A DNA stretch of 64,000 nucleotides, taken from the NCBI GenBank assembly GCA_942493235.1, contig OW818676.1:2692001-2756000 (forward strand). Direction: 5' to 3'. Shown piece after piece: positions 33,525 to 42,911 of this stretch. Position 1 is the stretch's first letter. The number at the start of each line of letters is the position of its first letter. The position numbers and the translations under genes are program-made. Source of the DNA: an uncultured bacterium (GTDB taxonomy: Bacteria; Bacteroidota; Ignavibacteria; Kapaibacteriales; UBA2268). The notes under the pieces are model-generated. The model was not told the DNA's origin, did not search any database, and was given only the letters and a program-made list of their open reading frames with translations.

Positions 33525-33810
33525 ATATGTGGGTAAGCAAATTAAGAAATCTTTCTTACAACAGCGTTAGCTGTTGAACATCGGTAATAAACATTGTTTA
33601 GTCCCCACACTCTTTCTCCCAGTTTTGTTGTTAAAACAAGAGAGTGGTGTTGGTGTATCTCATTATGTTACCGATGTTTAACTCCTACCGGAGTTAAGAT
33701 ATTAAATCATTGATGTTTATCAAATAATATATCCAAAATCAATATTTGATATATTAAGGTTATGATTATACTAATAATAAATATTTGTTAACCCACTTAA
33801 AATAGCGAAA
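33525..33810. repeat. ~290-bp intergenic repeat, copy 1
   Basis: About 85-90% identical by eye to the copies at 50175 and 51483. Shares the hairpins acagcgttagctgt and aactcctaccggagtt and the palindrome atcaaaaatcaatatttgatat. Confidence 0.7.
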
Positions 33811-33993
33811 CTCATTTATCTCTGTAGTTTCTTCAATGGGCTTATTTGAAAATTTTGCAATTAATAGTGTCCATTTCGGACAAAGGGTACCAGGTGTTTC
33901 GCTCAAAGGGTACCACTATAGCCAACCAAAAATTCAATACAAAAATAATAAATTCTTACCTCTTGTAGCATCTTTTTTTCTTATATTTTCTTT

Positions 33994-34704
33994 CTAAGCG
34001 AAAGGCCCTTTTAATTCCAATTTGTAAGCATTGTGAACTAATCTGTCGAGAACGGCATCTGCAATAGTAGAGTCATCAATCAGATCGTGCCATTTGCTAA
34101 TTGGCAACTGTGAAGTAACAATAGTCGCCCTCTTACCATATCTGTCTTCAATGATTTCTAAAAGGTCGAGCCGATTTTGAGTGTCAAGTTTAGCAAGCCC
34201 AAAATCATCAAGAATAAGCAAATCCTGACGTGCAATTTTTTCAATTTCTTTGATATAAGTATTGTCAGAACGTCTCATTTTCAAGCTACTTAGCAGTTTT
34301 GATAAATTGTAATAAACTGTTTTGTATCCCATAAAGCAAGCTTGATTTCCCAGAGCAGAGGCGATATGACTTTTACCAACTCCCGTTGCTCCGGTAATAA
34401 TAATATTTTCTTTCTTTTCAATAAAATCACAACTTGCAAGCCTTAAAAAAGTGTTACGGTCTAAGTTCCTTTCTGTATTGCAATTTACTTCTTCAGTGCA
34501 AGATTGATAGCGGAACTTTGCCGTTTTAATAAGATTTTGTAATTTCTTGTTTTGCCTATCGTCCCACTCGGATTGCACTAAATAATTGACTAATTCATCG
34601 TTTGTCATTTCCTGACTTGCTCTACTTGTAAGCAATACTTCGTAAGCTCTTACTATACCGTATAGTTTCATCTGGTTGAGCTTTGTAATTGTTTGATTTT
34701 GCAT
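33994..34704 (-). CDS. istB: IS21-family helper ATPase IstB
   Basis: GATGVGKSHIASALG Walker A, LLILDDFG Walker B, DnaC-like AAA+. Confidence 0.9.
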   Translation of the reverse strand: MQNQTITKLNQMKLYGIVRAYEVLLTSRASQEMTNDELVNYLVQSEWDDRQNKKLQNLIKTAKFRYQSCTEEVNCNTERNLDRNTFLRLASCDFIEKKENIIITGATGVGKSHIASALGNQACFMGYKTVYYNLSKLLSSLKMRRSDNTYIKEIEKIARQDLLILDDFGLAKLDTQNRLDLLEIIEDRYGKRATIVTSQLPISKWHDLIDDSTIADAVLDRLVHNAYKLELKGPFA

Positions 34705-34831
34705 TTTTAATTTCCTATTGTAATTGATTTATGCTTTAAATAATATTTATTGTAATTGTATTATCATTGTCGAATATTTAATTTTTTCGCGAGATATAAG
34801 TGTTTATATACTATGTACTTTGTAAATATCC

Positions 34832-36382
34832 TCATATCTTACCGTAATATTGTGCTCCTCTTATATTTTCATGATTCGGGGTTTGATATTCAATTTCATC
34901 TTCTAATGATATTTTATCATAATTGCTTGCCAAAATGTTTTTTATAGTCCTATAGTTATAACTGTTGAACTGTATCGCTCTGTTGCAGGCTCGGTTCAAT
35001 CGCTCGTAACCAACTTTCTTTCCATAACTTAATATGCCGATACAGGACTTATAAGCCTGTTCGGGATGCTTCTTAGAACTGAGTACTTCATTGATTACTG
35101 TTTCAGTTTCTGCTCCAATTGCTCTTGCCCAAGTAATGAACTTCTCAGGGCTCCATTGGCTGACAAATTGATGAGTGCTCGGTAAATGTTCGGCATTAGT
35201 CGTATATTGATATTTTCCGTAATTCCTTTGGTGATATGCGATTCGCTCTCCTTTGCAATAGATGGATAAGGCAGAGTTTGTGTATTGTATTTTCACTTTC
35301 TGCCCTATATAGCTGTAAGGAATACTATAATAATGCTCATCAACTCCGAACCATATATGAGAGTTTTTATAAACTGTTGCCTGAGAGTATCTCTTTATTT
35401 CATAGTTGATTATAGGTAATTCTTGTAGTTCTTGCTCTTCTATTTCTGTAAATAGTTCTCGTCGGCTATAGTCTTTATTTTGAAATTTAGTGTTGTTATG
35501 AATATCTAATTTTTCTAATATTCTTGTGTTTAAATCTTGAATCGAGAAAAATTGTTCATTTCTGAGTGTAGCAAATACTCTTGTATAGCTTATGTTAACT
35601 GCACTTTCTACCAATGCTTTATCTCTTGGCTTGTAACTCCTTGTCGGTAATATTGTTGTGTTATAGTGCTCAGAAAAATCAGCAAATATCATGTTTAACT
35701 CTGCTTCATATTTGCTTGCTTTAGTTACTGCGGCTTTTAAATTGTCGGGAACTATTGCCAATGGTACACCACCAAAATAGCGGAGGGCATTCTCTACTGC
35801 TTTAATAAAATGCTCTGTTTTCTGGCTCGGGACTGCCTCTATATAGGTTAATTGGCTTGCTCCTAATATTGCTATAAATACTTCAACTTCAATTACTTCC
35901 GATGTCGCTTTATTTACATACTGTAACTTCTTACCTGTAAAATCCACATACATTTTGTCGCCGGATTTGTGCTCTAAGTGCATTGTTACTTCATTGGCTT
36001 TTAACCAATTTTTATAATGTTGGCAATATTGTGTGTAATTATATCCATCTGGATGCCTGATTTTATACTCTGACCACAATAACTGCTTTGTTACTCCCGT
36101 TCGCTTTAACTCCTTTTCTATTTCGGGGCATTGCTCTAATAATATTTGAAAGCGGTCTTTACTTGGTAATTCTTGATTTCTCATCAGTATTTCAAGCTCT
36201 CCTTCACTCTTTTGCTTGATTGTGTCGTAATCTATACCTATTGATTTATATAGCAATACGTATTTTGTTACGCATTTTCGGGATATGCCTAATAGCATGC
36301 ATATTTCACGATAGCTTTTACCATCATTATGAAGTTTAATGATTTGTTTGATATTGTACATTTCTAAACCTTTGTTTGCCAT
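34832..36382 (-). CDS. istA: IS21-family transposase IstA
   Basis: N-terminal HTH, DDE integrase core (YVDFTGKKL ... AIVPDNLKAAV), 516 aa. Confidence 0.9.
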   Translation of the reverse strand: MANKGLEMYNIKQIIKLHNDGKSYREICMLLGISRKCVTKYVLLYKSIGIDYDTIKQKSEGELEILMRNQELPSKDRFQILLEQCPEIEKELKRTGVTKQLLWSEYKIRHPDGYNYTQYCQHYKNWLKANEVTMHLEHKSGDKMYVDFTGKKLQYVNKATSEVIEVEVFIAILGASQLTYIEAVPSQKTEHFIKAVENALRYFGGVPLAIVPDNLKAAVTKASKYEAELNMIFADFSEHYNTTILPTRSYKPRDKALVESAVNISYTRVFATLRNEQFFSIQDLNTRILEKLDIHNNTKFQNKDYSRRELFTEIEEQELQELPIINYEIKRYSQATVYKNSHIWFGVDEHYYSIPYSYIGQKVKIQYTNSALSIYCKGERIAYHQRNYGKYQYTTNAEHLPSTHQFVSQWSPEKFITWARAIGAETETVINEVLSSKKHPEQAYKSCIGILSYGKKVGYERLNRACNRAIQFNSYNYRTIKNILASNYDKISLEDEIEYQTPNHENIRGAQYYGKI

Positions 36383-36468
36383 TTACTGCTCAATTATTAG
36401 TTGCAAAACTAATTATCTTCACAGCTAAATAAATTCCAATTATTTATTCTTTTGGCTGGCTTAGAAGT

Positions 36469-36582
36469 GGTAACCTTTCACCGAAATGAATGGTAACCTT
36501 TCACCGAAATGGGTGGTAACCTTTCACCGAAATGGGTGGTAACCTTTCACCGAAATGGGTGGTAACCTTTGAGCGAAATATC
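36469..36582. repeat. five tandem 23-bp direct repeats (ggtaacctttcaccgaaatgggt) at the istA-proximal IS21 terminus
   Basis: Units start at 36469, 36492, 36515, 36538 and 36561. The last unit is degenerate (ggtaacctttgagcgaaatatc). Two inverted copies lie at the other terminus (33869-33916). Confidence 0.8.
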
Positions 36583-36593
36583 CAATTAATAGT

Positions 36594-36856
36594 TCGCTTT
36601 CAAAAGATAGTTTTTCCCAATTCCCGTTAAATTCATTCCAAATATCTTCTTCTAATTTACTTCCATTGACTAAGCCTAATATTCATTGTTTTTTAAGCTC
36701 AGGGACTAATCGCCCAAAATTGCCTATCTTCATATTTAAGGCAGAAGGTGAACGCCCAATAATATTTGCATACTTAATTATTGTAGGATTAGTTTTACTA
36801 CTGCTTTTAAATGGTACTTTATAATAAACATTAAAAGCAATAATAGTTTCTTAGCG
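36594..36856 (-). pseudogene. decayed HNH-endonuclease-like ORF, frameshifted, with an in-frame TGA, and split by the IS21 insertion. Its 3' tail continues at 33751-33857
   Basis: Frame reads ...KYANIIGRSPSALNMKIGNFGRLVPELKKQ*ILGLVNGSKLEEDIWNEFNGNWEKLSFESELLI. After excising the IS and one target-site duplication (TSD) copy it continues AKFSNKPIEETTEINEFRYFKWVNKYLLLV*. There is no start codon in frame. Confidence 0.35.
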
Positions 36857-36863
36857 GTTCCAA

Positions 36864-37157
36864 TTATTTTTTGCCATTTTTATTTTCTATTATATCAAGA
36901 AAATCAACACAGTAATCTCCAAGTACATCATCTAATAATTTCTTTGTAAAATCAGAACTTCCAGTTAATATTTGCGAAAACACTTCTATCCTATCATCAG
37001 TTGATAGTTGATTTAACAACTCATCATTTCTGAAGAAATTCATAAAATCATCTCTTGTAAATTCTTGATTTGTATATATCATATTTAACAATTTATAAAA
37101 ATAGAAACTTAACAATAATATATTAAAAAATACAAATAGAAAATATATTTCCCTCAA
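36864..37157 (-). CDS. hypothetical small protein, possibly the N-terminal remnant of the same decayed gene. Likely start is MIYTNQEF at 37082
   Basis: ORF ends about 20 nt before the HNH-like fragment in a different frame. The first 25 codons overlap an AT-rich terminator region. Confidence 0.3.
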   Translation of the reverse strand: MREIYFLFVFFNILLLSFYFYKLLNMIYTNQEFTRDDFMNFFRNDELLNQLSTDDRIEVFSQILTGSSDFTKKLLDDVLGDYCVDFLDIIENKNGKK

Positions 37158-37196
37158 AAAAAAAAACCTCTCTTAACCATTGTCAAGAGAGGTTTT
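37151..37196. terminator. bidirectional intrinsic terminator
   Basis: aaaaaaaaaa-cctctctt-aaccattgtc-aagagagg-tttt. A-run before and T-run after, so it can act on either strand. Lies 3' of the oxidoreductase operon. Confidence 0.6.
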
Positions 37197-37216
37197 AATA
37201 TCAAATACAAAAGAGA

Positions 37217-37756
37217 TTAGTCTTTTACGAAAGTCATACCGATTTTAATTGCTTGCTCGTTTAGAGGAATCAATTTATGGTGTCTCTCTGGTAAAGCTTT
37301 ATATAAAGCTTTAACTAATGTTTCGTAAGGAACGGTTTTGCGAGCTTTCAAGAAAGCACCCAAAATAATCATATTTAAAACTTTCATGTTTTTCAATTTG
37401 AGAGCTTCTTCACTACCGGGTACGCAAATAATAGTTATGTCTTTGCGGGTAGGAGGATTAAGTACGCTTGCACTATCATAGATAATAGTACCGCCTACTT
37501 TTACTCTTGATTCAAATTTATCAACTGAAGGCTGGTTTAGAGCTACAGCAGTATCAAACATAGAAATGATAGGGGAGCTAATCGGTTTGTCCGAAACTAT
37601 AGTTATACAATTAGCAGTACCGCCTCTCATTTCAGGACCATAAGATGGCATCCAGCAAACTTCTTTGCCTTCAATCATTCCGGCATAAGCGAGCATCATA
37701 CCCATAGAGAGAACGCCTTGTCCTCCAAATCCTGCGAAAATTGCTTCTTCTGTCAT
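37217..37756 (-). CDS. 2-oxoacid:ferredoxin oxidoreductase gamma subunit
   Basis: FGGQGV motif, 179 aa, last gene of the delta-alpha-beta-gamma cluster. Confidence 0.85.
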   Translation of the reverse strand: MTEEAIFAGFGGQGVLSMGMMLAYAGMIEGKEVCWMPSYGPEMRGGTANCITIVSDKPISSPIISMFDTAVALNQPSVDKFESRVKVGGTIIYDSASVLNPPTRKDITIICVPGSEEALKLKNMKVLNMIILGAFLKARKTVPYETLVKALYKALPERHHKLIPLNEQAIKIGMTFVKD

Positions 37757-37757
37757 A

Positions 37758-38537
37758 TTACTTTACCTCCGGAACTTTAATGTCACCAAGCGGATAGAAA
37801 GGAATCATCTTTTCTTCCACGAATTTATTAGCATCAAGAGCACTTATTTTCAAATTAGAAGGACAGTTAGAAACTATCTCAACTAAGCAGTATCCCAAAC
37901 CTTTTTTCTGATATTCGATAGCATTTTTAATTGCTTTTTTAGCTTTACGAACATTAGAAGGAGTGTGAACTGACTGACGAGTAACATACGCTACGCCGGG
38001 CAAATGAGAAAGTAACTCGCTGATTTTAAGCGGATAGCCCATAGTATCGCAGTCTCTTCCATAAGGAGAAGTAGTAGTAATCATACCCTCTAAAGAGGTA
38101 GGAGCCATCTGACCGGAAGTCATACCATAGATACCATTATTGATAAATATAGTTAAGATGTTCTCGCCACGGTTAGCTGCATGCAAAGTTTCGGCAGTAC
38201 CGATAGCGGCTAAGTCGCCATCGCCTTGGTACGAGAATACAATTTTCTCAGGGAATAATCTTTTAACTGCTGTAGCACAAGCACAAGCTCTACCGTGAGC
38301 AGCTTGCTCCATATCAACATTTAAATAGTTATAAGCAAATACCGAGCAACCAACCGGAGCTACGCCGATAGTCTCGCCCTCTATACCCATCTCTTGAATA
38401 ACTTCTGCTAAAATTTTATGAACAGTACTGTGACCACAGCCTGGACAATAATGGAAAGCAGCATCTTTCAAAGTGGTAGGTTTAGCATATACTAAATTTT
38501 CAGGGCATACTATAGAATTATTTGTCATATCGCTCAT
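37758..38537 (-). CDS. 2-oxoacid:ferredoxin oxidoreductase beta subunit (TPP-binding)
   Basis: CPGCGH, GDGD TPP-binding motif, 259 aa. Confidence 0.88.
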   Translation of the reverse strand: MSDMTNNSIVCPENLVYAKPTTLKDAAFHYCPGCGHSTVHKILAEVIQEMGIEGETIGVAPVGCSVFAYNYLNVDMEQAAHGRACACATAVKRLFPEKIVFSYQGDGDLAAIGTAETLHAANRGENILTIFINNGIYGMTSGQMAPTSLEGMITTTSPYGRDCDTMGYPLKISELLSHLPGVAYVTRQSVHTPSNVRKAKKAIKNAIEYQKKGLGYCLVEIVSNCPSNLKISALDANKFVEEKMIPFYPLGDIKVPEVK

Positions 38538-39607
38538 TATTTGCCTCCATTGATATATACTTTTTCAAAATGCTCTAAGATTTCTTCAGGTGAAGGAATC
38601 ATGCCGCCCATTCTACCGTAGAATTCAACTTGAGTTGCACCGTTAATAGATAAACGAACGTCTTCGACCATTTGTCCGGCATTCATTTCTACATCGAGTA
38701 CGCCTTTAACTTTTTTGCCGGTTTGATTGTAAATCTCAGTTGGGAAAGGATACAAAGTAATCGGACGGATAAGACCAATTTTATAACCTTTAGCTCTTCC
38801 AAGCTCCATAGCTTTAGCACAAATTCTTGCACCCAAGCCAAAACCGGTAAATAAATATTCTGCATCTTCTAAATTAGCAGTTACATATCTAACTTCATCT
38901 TTTTCAACTACTCTATATTTAGCTTGAAGACGGTGATTAATTTCTTCCATTTTCTCCGGTTGAATATGAAGAGAAGTAACATAACGAGCTTCTTTTCTAT
39001 CGCCTTTGCCATTAGTAGCCCATTCAGGGAACTCAGTTTTTCTTGGCATTTGGTCGAATAATTCAACTTTTTCCATCATTTGACCGATAGCACCATCAGC
39101 CAAAATCATAACAGGATTTCTATATTTTTCAGCTAATTCAAAACCTAATTTAACGAAATCAACCATTTCTTGAACAGAAGAAGGAGCCAAAGTGATTAAT
39201 TTATAATCGCCGTGACCGCCGCCTTTAACAGCTTGAAAATAGTCTGATTGTGATGGTTGGATAGTGCCTAAGCCCGGTCCTCCACGGCTAACATTAGCCA
39301 AAACGCAAGGCAATTCAGCACCTGCTATATAAGAAATACCTTCTTGCATCAAGCTCATTCCCGGGCTGGAAGAAGTAGTCATAACTCTTTTGCCTGTACA
39401 GGCACCGCCATAAATCATGTTAATTGCAGATACTTCGCTCTCAGCTTGCAATACTACCATTCCGGTTCTTTTATTTGCGTCAATTGCAAGATATTCAAGT
39501 ACTTCGGACTGCGGAGTAATAGGGTATCCAAAATAAGCATCGCATCCAGCTCGTATCATAGCTTCTGCTAATGCTTCATTTCCCTTCATTAATTTTATTT
39601 CGCCCAT
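38537..39607 (-). CDS. 2-oxoacid:ferredoxin oxidoreductase alpha subunit
   Basis: YPITPQSE motif, 356 aa. Start overlaps the downstream gene. Confidence 0.88.
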   Translation of the reverse strand: MGEIKLMKGNEALAEAMIRAGCDAYFGYPITPQSEVLEYLAIDANKRTGMVVLQAESEVSAINMIYGGACTGKRVMTTSSSPGMSLMQEGISYIAGAELPCVLANVSRGGPGLGTIQPSQSDYFQAVKGGGHGDYKLITLAPSSVQEMVDFVKLGFELAEKYRNPVMILADGAIGQMMEKVELFDQMPRKTEFPEWATNGKGDRKEARYVTSLHIQPEKMEEINHRLQAKYRVVEKDEVRYVTANLEDAEYLFTGFGLGARICAKAMELGRAKGYKIGLIRPITLYPFPTEIYNQTGKKVKGVLDVEMNAGQMVEDVRLSINGATQVEFYGRMGGMIPSPEEILEHFEKVYINGGK

Positions 39608-39647
39608 TGCGTCTCCTTAAAATTCTTTTGGGTATTTGTAAATTCAA

Positions 39648-39872
39648 TTATTTATTAATTTTTCTATAAACTGTAATTGCCGCATCGGGGCAAACTAATG
39701 AACAGCTTGCACAGCCGGTGCAGTTCTGGTTAATCGTAATAGCATATCTGTAGCCATGTTGATTAATTGTGCCTGATAGACCAATTGTCTTTTCCGGGCA
39801 AGCATTGATGCATACTTCGCATCCTTTGCACTTTTCAATATCGACTATAATTTCGCCTACTGCTTTTGCCAT
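39648..39872 (-). CDS. 2-oxoacid:ferredoxin oxidoreductase delta subunit (2x[4Fe-4S] ferredoxin)
   Basis: CKGCEVCINACP and CTGCASCSLVCP cluster motifs, 74 aa. Confidence 0.8.
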   Translation of the reverse strand: MAKAVGEIIVDIEKCKGCEVCINACPEKTIGLSGTINQHGYRYAITINQNCTGCASCSLVCPDAAITVYRKINK

Positions 39873-40466
39873 ATTATTTCCTTCTTCTTATTAAAGTATT
39901 TATCTTTAAATGTACATTATTTATACAAACTCGTATAAAATATTATTTCTTAAATATTTCATACATAAAAAAAATGCAAGTTAATAACTTTAAACGAGAT
40001 TTCAAATTATTTTATAAAAATTCTTTGAACTTTTATATTATGTAATACTCGCTTTTAATTGAAATTATTAAAGATAATGATGTTGTAAATATTTTATTAT
40101 TTTATATTTATCTGATATGCTATAATAAAAATATTACTTGAGCAACAATTTAAAACTAAGACAATATTTGAACCCTGAATAAGTAATTTAACAACTTTGG
40201 TAATTCTAAACAAGAAAATTGGTATTGAATTATTTAGAAAACAAAAAGCAAATCCGATACTCTTATTAAATTCAAAGTTATTCATTATAGTTAAGTTGAT
40301 ACTGTACTGATTACTTTCTCAAAAGCAATTTATTAACAGTATTATTTTTTATTGTTATTTTTAATATATTTTTGTAATTTAACAATCCTTAATTGAAAGC
40401 CATTAGATTAACTATATAGAAAATCATATAATTGCTAATAATAAATAAATGAAATAATCAGATACT

Positions 40467-41915
40467 ATGCTTTTTAACTCAATAGATTTTGCAATATTTT
40501 TACCGATTGTTTTTATACTTTATTGGTTTGTAACTAATCGAAATTTAAGACTGCAAAACTTTCTTATCGTAGCATCGAGTTATTTGTTTTATGGCTGGTG
40601 GGATTGGAGATTCTTATCTTTATTGTTGTTCAGTTCTTTAGTTGACTTTTTTGTTGGTTGCGGCTTATCAAATCAAGAAAATCCTGTTAAAAGAAAGCTG
40701 CTTATCTCCATCAGTATTATTGTTAATCTCGGATTTCTCGGTTTCTTCAAGTATTTCAACTTCTTTGCTGATAATTTCGCGACAGCATTTTCATTTTTCG
40801 GTATGGATATAAATCCGGGTTCATTAAACGTAATTCTGCCGGTCGGAATCAGTTTCTATACATTTCAGATACTTAGTTATACAATTGACGTATATAAGCG
40901 AAAACTCGAACCGACTAAGGATTTCATTGCATTTTCGGCATTTGTAAGCTTTTTCCCTCAGTTAGTTGCCGGACCAATTGAAAGAGCGACCCATTTACTA
41001 CCTCAATTTTACCGAAAACGTACTTTTGATTATTCCAAAGCAGTTGATGGAATGCAGCAGATACTATGGGGGCTATTTAAAAAGATTGTAATTGCAGACA
41101 ACTGTGCCGAATTCGCCAATTTGATTTTCAATAACTCATCAAATTATTCAGGTAGCACATTAGTGCTGGGTGCTTTATTCTTTACGATTCAAATCTATGC
41201 GGACTTTTCTGGATATTCGGATATTGCAATTGGAACCTCTCGCCTCTTTGGCTTTGAGCTGATGCGTAATTTTAATTTCCCTTACTTTTCGAGAGATATT
41301 GCCGAGTTCTGGAGACGCTGGCATATTTCGCTATCTACTTGGTTCAGAGATTATTTATACATTCCAATTGGCGGTAGCAAAGGCAGTCTACGGACTAAAG
41401 TTCGTAATACCTTTATTATATTTATAGTAAGCGGTTTTTGGCATGGTGCAAATTGGACTTTTGTTGTCTGGGGGGCATTAAATGCAATCTATTTCTTACC
41501 GCTACTATTGACCAATAGTAATCATAAAAATATAGGTATTGTAGCAGAGGGAAAGTTGTTCCCTACATTAAAAGAATTCTTTATGATACTAATAACTTTC
41601 GGACTTACGGTATTTGCATGGATATTTTTCAGGGCAGAAAATATGACACATGCTATAAATTATATTTCCGGAATATTCTCTATGTCATTATTTATTATTC
41701 CTCAATTTGAAGGAATTGAAAAAGCGATAACAAGCCTACTTTTGGTAATATTTTTTATGCTTATTGAATGGAATGGCAGAGAGCAGCAGTATGCAATTGC
41801 TCAATTAGGAATCAGATGGAGGCTACCTCTTAGATATACATTTTATTATGCTTTGATTTTAATAATAGTATTCTTCGGCGGTAAAGAACAACAATTTATT
41901 TATTTTCAATTTTAA
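40467..41915 (+). CDS. MBOAT-family membrane O-acyltransferase (AlgI/DltB/PatA-like)
   Basis: Multi-TM. WRRWHISLSTWFRDYLYIPIGGS and FWHGANW contain the conserved MBOAT His. Confidence 0.85.
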   Translation: MLFNSIDFAIFLPIVFILYWFVTNRNLRLQNFLIVASSYLFYGWWDWRFLSLLLFSSLVDFFVGCGLSNQENPVKRKLLISISIIVNLGFLGFFKYFNFFADNFATAFSFFGMDINPGSLNVILPVGISFYTFQILSYTIDVYKRKLEPTKDFIAFSAFVSFFPQLVAGPIERATHLLPQFYRKRTFDYSKAVDGMQQILWGLFKKIVIADNCAEFANLIFNNSSNYSGSTLVLGALFFTIQIYADFSGYSDIAIGTSRLFGFELMRNFNFPYFSRDIAEFWRRWHISLSTWFRDYLYIPIGGSKGSLRTKVRNTFIIFIVSGFWHGANWTFVVWGALNAIYFLPLLLTNSNHKNIGIVAEGKLFPTLKEFFMILITFGLTVFAWIFFRAENMTHAINYISGIFSMSLFIIPQFEGIEKAITSLLLVIFFMLIEWNGREQQYAIAQLGIRWRLPLRYTFYYALILIIVFFGGKEQQFIYFQF

Positions 41916-41932
41916 GCTATGAATTGTAAATT

Positions 41933-42838
41933 ATGAAAAAGTTTCTATATAAATTCTTACTCTTTTTATTACCACTGATAGCATTATTTGTTTTTATTGA
42001 GTTTTCTTTACGAAATATTGACAGTATTTACGAATTAAAACGCAATGGTATAATTACTCAAAGCGATAGTATAGAAATACTAATTATGGGCAATTCGCAT
42101 GCAAATGATGGGATAAACCCGACCTGCTTCAGGCTTAATGCTTATAGCTTAGCCAATGCTACTCAATCGCTTTTATATGATAAAGAATTGCTATTAAAAT
42201 ATCTTCCCAAACTAAAAAATCTAAAATATGTTATTTTCAGCATAGATTATCCTTCATTATATTGGGGATTTATCGAAGAGAGAGATTTCTTCTACTATAA
42301 TTATTTCGGAATAAATATTAGAAATAAGAGCTATTTAAAAGAAAATCTTTCTTTCTTTTTCTATGTCTATTCACCATTAACTTCAATAAAACTTTTGTAT
42401 AGTAACACCTTTATTAATAAGAAAAACAAAATGATTAATGGCTGGACAGGTTACGATTTCACTAATTACAATACACTAACAAGAGAATATGCTGTCAAAA
42501 GAGTAGAAAATTTCAATAATGATATAAAAAATTCAAAAGAGCATAATTATATTTGCAAGGAATTTGAGTCTTTGATTATTTATCTATTAGATAGAAATAT
42601 TACTCCGATATTAATTACTCCGCCCTGCCATAAGTATTTAACTGAATGCTTAGATAGCAATATCCAAAAAATTAATTCTGATTACATTCAATATTTAACC
42701 CAAAAATATAATTTAAAGTATTTGAATTCCGAAGCAGACACTGCATTTAAGTCCAATCATTTTGTTAATGTTGACCATCTGAATAAGATTGGAGCCGAAA
42801 AATATACTAAAATGCTCGATAGACTTCTCTTTGAATAA
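41933..42838 (+). CDS. membrane-anchored partner protein of the MBOAT acyltransferase (AlgJ/DltD/PatB-like role is inferred)
   Basis: N-terminal TM. Gene sits 17 bp downstream of the MBOAT gene. MGNSHANDG resembles an SGNH-type block. No firm family match. Confidence 0.35.
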   Translation: MKKFLYKFLLFLLPLIALFVFIEFSLRNIDSIYELKRNGIITQSDSIEILIMGNSHANDGINPTCFRLNAYSLANATQSLLYDKELLLKYLPKLKNLKYVIFSIDYPSLYWGFIEERDFFYYNYFGINIRNKSYLKENLSFFFYVYSPLTSIKLLYSNTFINKKNKMINGWTGYDFTNYNTLTREYAVKRVENFNNDIKNSKEHNYICKEFESLIIYLLDRNITPILITPPCHKYLTECLDSNIQKINSDYIQYLTQKYNLKYLNSEADTAFKSNHFVNVDHLNKIGAEKYTKMLDRLLFE

Positions 42839-42911
42839 ATTCAAACACTGTTTTGACCAAAATATTTGATAAATTTGTATTGAATTATTAATTTAATTTT
42901 CGGAGCTATTA

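Larger units (their letters stand above)
33869..36582 (-). mobile_element. IS21-family insertion sequence (istA-istB), about 2.7 kb, flanked by an 11-bp direct repeat caattaatagt
   Basis: istA plus istB genes. Terminal inverted repeats related to ggtaacctttcaccgaaatggg at both ends. caattaatagt appears at 33858-33868 and 36583-36593. Removing the element and one repeat copy restores a continuous ORF. Confidence 0.85.

Noticed and set aside
40097-40285. 62-aa minus-strand ORF in the gap between the ferredoxin subunit and the MBOAT gene
   Set aside because: AT-rich divergent promoter region. Low-complexity peptide with no RBS.
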